This document shows, one piece after another, positions 59,692 to 64,000 of a stretch of 64,000 bases of DNA. Both the position numbers and the translations under genes were made by a program. The stretch is from Syntrophales bacterium (GTDB lineage Bacteria > Desulfobacterota > Syntrophia > Syntrophales > UBA2210). The stretch spans positions 1,920,001 through 1,984,000 of the forward strand of contig CAXXNF010000002.1 in assembly GCA_963666365.2 (NCBI GenBank). Direction: 5' to 3'. Numbering within the stretch: position 1 is the first letter of the stretch; each line of letters begins with the position of its first letter. The notes under the pieces were generated by a model, which did not search any database, was not told the origin of the DNA, and was given only the letters and a program-made list of their open reading frames with translations.

Positions 59692-60822
59692 ATGGCTGAT
59701 TTCAGTTTCGACATAACGGTAATCGGTGCGGGGGTTGTCGGGCTTGCCGTCGCGGAAGCTCTTTCGGCCCGTTATAGAAACATCCTCCTGATTGAGAAAC
59801 ACCACTCTTTCGGCATGGAAACGAGCAGCCGCAACAGCGAGGTCATTCATGCCGGAATCTACTATCCGATCGATTCGCTCAAGGCGCGATTTTGTCGAGA
59901 GGGAAACCGGCGTCTTTATGAGTTCTGCACTGCCCGCACCATCGGCCACCGAAGGACAGGAAAGCTTATCGTCGCCGTAAGCGAAGATGAAATCGAATCT
60001 CTTGAAGCACTTCGCATCCAGGCCGCCGAAAACGGCGTTTCCGATCTTTGCTTTCTCGACAGCCGGGAAATTGCGCGTTCAGAACCTGAAATCAGCGTCA
60101 AAGAAGCCCTTTTTTCACCTTCCACAGGCATTATCGATTCCCACGCCCTGATGCGCTCCTTTCTTGCCCGCGCCGAATCACAGGGCACAACCGTTGCCTT
60201 CAATACGGAGATGACCGCCATCGATTTCGATGGAAGTGCCTACGAAATTCAAACGAACGGTGGAGAGTTCCGTTTTAAAACGGGCATCCTGATCAACAGC
60301 GCCGGGCTCTCGGCCGACAGAATCGCCGCAATGGCCGGCATCGACATTGATGGAGCGGGATACCGGCTGAAATATTGCAAGGGCAACTATTTCACCGTTT
60401 CACCAGCCCCGAAGCTTCATCACCTGATCTACCCCGTTCCCACCGGCGACAGAGAGGGGCTCGGCATTCACGCGACGCTCGATCTCGGAGGACGAGTCCG
60501 CTTCGGACCCGATACCGAGTACATCATGGATATTGACTACGCCGTTCATGAAGAAAAAAAAGACGCCTTTTATCAATCCATCCGCCGGTATCTGCCGGGA
60601 ATCACAGCAGAGCTTCTGACTCCCGATATGAGCGGAATACGACCGAAGCTCCAGGGGCCCGGCGAGCCATACAGAGATTTTATCATCCAAGAGGAACGCC
60701 ATAAGGGCTACCCCGGTCTTATCACTCTTAACGGAATCGAATCTCCCGGACTTACCGCCTCGATTCCCATTGCGGAATATGTAGTGTCTCTGGTTGAAAA
60801 ATTCCTTGATTATGGCCGGTAA
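59692..60822 (+). CDS. FAD-dependent oxidoreductase (L-2-hydroxyglutarate oxidase LhgO-like)
   Basis: IGAGVVG, TSSRNSEVIHAGIYY, LGIHATLD, FGPD, GIRPKL, GIESPGLT. Confidence 0.85.
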   Translation: MADFSFDITVIGAGVVGLAVAEALSARYRNILLIEKHHSFGMETSSRNSEVIHAGIYYPIDSLKARFCREGNRRLYEFCTARTIGHRRTGKLIVAVSEDEIESLEALRIQAAENGVSDLCFLDSREIARSEPEISVKEALFSPSTGIIDSHALMRSFLARAESQGTTVAFNTEMTAIDFDGSAYEIQTNGGEFRFKTGILINSAGLSADRIAAMAGIDIDGAGYRLKYCKGNYFTVSPAPKLHHLIYPVPTGDREGLGIHATLDLGGRVRFGPDTEYIMDIDYAVHEEKKDAFYQSIRRYLPGITAELLTPDMSGIRPKLQGPGEPYRDFIIQEERHKGYPGLITLNGIESPGLTASIPIAEYVVSLVEKFLDYGR

Positions 60823-60851
60823 GACACGCATATCGACAGCGTTTTCCTGTA

Positions 60852-61925
60852 TCAATGGTTCTCATGATTATTACCGCTTCCATCGATTGTCACTGTCTCC
60901 CCATGCATCAGCACCATAAATTCGTCATCGGGAACTCCGGCAGTCTCCTTTGCCTTGGCCAGTCGCTTCGGCGGTTCGTCGAGGGGTTCGTCGGTAAGGA
61001 TAAAGGTCCCCCAATGCGTGGCCACCGATTTCCTTGAACGGATATCTTTGTGGATACGAAGCGCTTCTTCCGGCGTCACATGCTGGTTCTTCATGAACCA
61101 CCGCGGCTCGTAGGCGCCTATGGGAAGCACCGAAAGATCGAACGGACCGTAAGTGCTGCCGATTTCCTTATAAAGGGGCGAATATCCCGTGTCTCCGAGA
61201 AAAAGCAATCGAACACCCTTCGTCTCGGCAATCCAGCCGGCCCAAAGGGTTCCGTTTGTAGAAAAAATCGTTCTTTTGCTCCAATGATGCATGGGTACAC
61301 AGACAATCCTGGTGTGATTATGTCGATACTCATCTCCCCAGTCCATTTCCACGATGCCCTTGATCCCCTGGTTTTCAAACCACTCCTTCAGGCCACAGGG
61401 CACGAAGAAAACCGTATTCTTACCGTTCGGCCGTGCGTCCAATCTCTCTATGGATCCCTTGTCCAGGTGATCGTAATGGTCATGTGAAATCAGCACAATA
61501 TCTATGGCAGGCAAATCGTCCAGAGATATTCCCGGTGGAGTCAGCCGCTTGGGTCCGATCCACTGAAACGGCGACGCTCTGTCCGAAAAGTGCGGATCCG
61601 TCAGGATATTCACTCCTCCCATCTGGATAAGAACGGTTGAATGGCCGATCCAGGTGATGGTGGTGTCCTTTCTGTTCGATCGCAGGTACGATGGATCGTT
61701 GGGGGCAAGGGGGAAATTATGGCTTTCCGGATCGGGCAGATTCAATGAGAGCCGGGTTACGCGCCATTTCAAAAAATCAATAAATCCAGGCTTCTTGAAG
61801 GCATAAACGTTCTCGTACTTCTCTTCTCTCAGGCGGCATTGAGATTGTCCATCACGAGGCAAGAAGAAGCAATTGATCGAAAAAGCAAGAAGCGGGACTA
61901 TCATGCTAACCAGTTTACAATTCAT
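60852..61925 (-). CDS. Exported MBL-fold hydrolase (NAPE-PLD/RomA-like)
   Basis: WIGHS, TDP, SHDHYDHLD, HHWS, GDTGY, PIGAYEPRW, HWGTF. Confidence 0.88.
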   Translation of the reverse strand: MNCKLVSMIVPLLAFSINCFFLPRDGQSQCRLREEKYENVYAFKKPGFIDFLKWRVTRLSLNLPDPESHNFPLAPNDPSYLRSNRKDTTITWIGHSTVLIQMGGVNILTDPHFSDRASPFQWIGPKRLTPPGISLDDLPAIDIVLISHDHYDHLDKGSIERLDARPNGKNTVFFVPCGLKEWFENQGIKGIVEMDWGDEYRHNHTRIVCVPMHHWSKRTIFSTNGTLWAGWIAETKGVRLLFLGDTGYSPLYKEIGSTYGPFDLSVLPIGAYEPRWFMKNQHVTPEEALRIHKDIRSRKSVATHWGTFILTDEPLDEPPKRLAKAKETAGVPDDEFMVLMHGETVTIDGSGNNHENH

Positions 61926-61958
61926 GATCGCAAGGCGGTTTTAAAAATATCCTGCCTT

Positions 61959-62411
61959 TCATAATGTAGGAACGAATTCGTGTACCTTCTGAAACTTGCT
62001 TACCACCACGTACGACTGCACCGTTACTTTTATAAGGACTTGTGAAGGAGACATGAGAAATTCATCCAGATGGGGGTGTTTTGTCCGATAGAGATCGATG
62101 AGTGACTCCTTTTCATCCAGTTTCACCTCGCACGCCTTTCCAATAGCAGTCACGGCAATGGCTTCCCTGATATCCGATTCTCTGTTCGTTCTGCTGTCGA
62201 TAAGCAAGGCAACTTGAGAGTTTTTTTCAAGATTCGCATATTTCCGGGTCGATTGACTCGTGACAAACACGATATGTTTCAGATCCTCCGTAGCGGCAAA
62301 GGACATAAGACTCGTGTAAGGCTGGGATCCCTCCTGCGTTGCAAGAACGGCAAGCCGCTGGGTGTCGAACAACTCCTTCAGACGGGCCTTGACATCAGAA
62401 ACACTTTCCAT
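61959..62411 (-). CDS. Pyridoxamine 5'-phosphate oxidase family protein
   Basis: LAVLAT...PYTSLM, TRKYANL...VALLIDSR; GGAGG SD. Confidence 0.82.
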   Translation of the reverse strand: MESVSDVKARLKELFDTQRLAVLATQEGSQPYTSLMSFAATEDLKHIVFVTSQSTRKYANLEKNSQVALLIDSRTNRESDIREAIAVTAIGKACEVKLDEKESLIDLYRTKHPHLDEFLMSPSQVLIKVTVQSYVVVSKFQKVHEFVPTL

Positions 62412-62583
62412 TGAACACCTCCATATACCGATATCATGATCTGCTAAGGAGTGCACCTCAGCCAGGTATTCGATGCACTCCCTCAGTTTTTATACACTCC
62501 TTCCGGCTTGGTAATAAAAAAGTGCATACATTCTTATTCGCAAAAAAATTACGTCTGCTCCGTCCGGCAATCGAAAACCGACC

Positions 62584-63042
62584 CTACATCCACTGAGCAA
62601 AATGCTGTTCGTACTGTTCCTCCAGAATTTCCTTATGCCTGAGTTCCTCCTGGGCAAGTCCCGAAAAGAGCGCCTCCACGTTCGTTCCTCTATAATTTTC
62701 AAGAAGGCCGGCATACAGATCATAGGCGGAGCGTTCCATTTTCATCGCATACTGCATGACATCCTGGGGATCGCTCTGAGCATTGATAGGACTTGCAACC
62801 ATGTAGTCACTGAAACTGATTTCATTAATAGCCTTCTTCCCCCCGATCGAAGCTATATTTCCGCTATTCATAGCATTTTCAATGAGTTCTTTATGCTTCA
62901 GTTCCTGTGCTGCAAGTTCCTCGAGAAGTTTCTTTGCGGCCCTGTCTTTCACAATGTTCTGAAAGGCAGTGTACAGCGCATTCGCGCTTTTCTCTTTGTC
63001 AATGGCAAAGAGCATTGCATCTTCCAAAGACTCGAATCTCAT
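62584..63042 (-). CDS. Ferritin-like/rubrerythrin family protein
   Basis: Two E...ExxH di-iron halves (AIDKE...QELKH; AMKME...EELRH). Confidence 0.85.
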   Translation of the reverse strand: MRFESLEDAMLFAIDKEKSANALYTAFQNIVKDRAAKKLLEELAAQELKHKELIENAMNSGNIASIGGKKAINEISFSDYMVASPINAQSDPQDVMQYAMKMERSAYDLYAGLLENYRGTNVEALFSGLAQEELRHKEILEEQYEQHFAQWM

Positions 63043-63275
63043 TGTTCCCTCCTTCGCACAAATGTGAAATTTTAATCCTTTGCAACTAATTATTTATAAT
63101 AGCTGATATGTGGGGTTTTATCAATGAATCATAGTAAAAGTTCAAGCATTCGAGTGAGAGGCACTGCAACGGAGACAACCGTCCACAGACTGTAAAAACA
63201 CATAGGCCTTTAAACTTCAGGTGAATTTATGCCGGAAGAAAATGTGATTGCCTGGCTCTATTCAGAAAAGGACAC

Positions 63276-63307
63276 TCGAACCCTTGGCCACTGGAACCCT
63301 CGCATCC
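63276..63307. repeat. Degenerate 8-nt tandem repeat
   Basis: TCGAACCC TTGGCCAC TGGAACCC TCGCATCC. Confidence 0.4.
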
Positions 63308-63321
63308 GTGACCGCTGTGTT

Positions 63322-63978
63322 TTACCTGCTTACCGTTACACCTACCCGTTCACAATATTTGAAGACCGGACAGAGGCTGCAAAAGGGCGACACAGGTCGG
63401 CAGACAGTTTTGCCGAAGGCAATCATCACGGAGTTGAATTCGATCCAGTGCTCCCGGGGAAGCCTTTCTCTCAGAGCAAATTCCGTTTTTTCAGGATCAG
63501 CGGTTCTGACATATCCAAGCCTGTTTGAAACCCGATGCACATGGGTATCGACACAGATGGCTGGAATACCGTATCCCAGAGAAACCACCAGATTCGCCGT
63601 CTTTCTCCCCACCCCCTTGATACTGACAAGGGTATCGATGGAATCGGGGACTTTCGAATCGAAGCGGTCGATCAACTCGTGACAGACATGGAGAATCGTT
63701 CTGGCTTTGTTGCGGTAAAAACCGACAGGGTAAATCGCCCCGGCGATATGGGATTCGGAAAGACGTACCATTTCACCCGGGGTCGATGCCAAGGCGAACA
63801 ATCGCTGATCGGCCTCTCTGGTCACCTCATCTTTTGTGCGCAAACTGAGAAGTGTAGAAATGAGAATGCGGAAGGGGTCGTATCGCTTTTCAGAGAGATC
63901 TGCTACAATAGGCAGGTCTTCTTGTATGACGGCCTCTTTGATGAGCCCGATAACTGCTACGATGTTCTGCTCCTGCAT
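63322..63978 (-). CDS. nth: Endonuclease III
   Basis: LSLRTKD, GFYRNKA, GVGRKTAN, VDTHVHR, C-x6-C-x2-C-x5-C. Confidence 0.92.
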   Translation of the reverse strand: MQEQNIVAVIGLIKEAVIQEDLPIVADLSEKRYDPFRILISTLLSLRTKDEVTREADQRLFALASTPGEMVRLSESHIAGAIYPVGFYRNKARTILHVCHELIDRFDSKVPDSIDTLVSIKGVGRKTANLVVSLGYGIPAICVDTHVHRVSNRLGYVRTADPEKTEFALRERLPREHWIEFNSVMIAFGKTVCRPVSPFCSLCPVFKYCERVGVTVSR

Positions 63979-64000
63979 GGGCTCTACACAAAGAACGCTA

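Noticed and set aside
1..64000. CRISPR arrays, IS/transposases, prophage, rRNA, oriC or parS
   Set aside because: None seen by eye; intergenic gaps are short and nearly all coding space is explained.

Overview
This is a gene-dense chromosomal window, most likely from a Desulfobacterota/Syntrophales-like anaerobe (inferred from gene content; no database search was run). In order it carries: a Liv-type ABC transporter; a PAS histidine kinase/NarL pair; lipid and acyl-CoA metabolism genes (SDR, sirtuin-NRDE-Nudix, PaaK/ACT, long-chain acyl-CoA ligase); a TetR-controlled YbhGFSR-like exporter followed by a short HDAC; the rpmH-rnpA-yidD-yidC-jag-mnmE block without dnaA or mnmG; a large lysS-lol-bamA-lpx-waa envelope operon; hldA-yicC-gmk-rpoZ-pyrF-rlmB-pilC; tRNA-Pro(CGG); and a co-oriented run that starts with a cysteine synthase-CysRS-like fusion and continues with photolyase, TudS-like and cluster-less MutY-like genes. 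The best candidate for an undescribed system is the cysteine synthase::CysRS-like fusion. It is split here by a 1-nt frameshift, its amino-acid pocket is altered, and its tRNA-Cys anticodon-binding module is retained. Also notable: a translationally coupled sirtuin-NRDE-Nudix unit, a sharp codon-usage switch inside the histidine kinase, an extra N-terminal domain on BamA, and gnnA without gnnB or fabZ in the lipid A operon. I found no CRISPR array, IS, integrase or rRNA.
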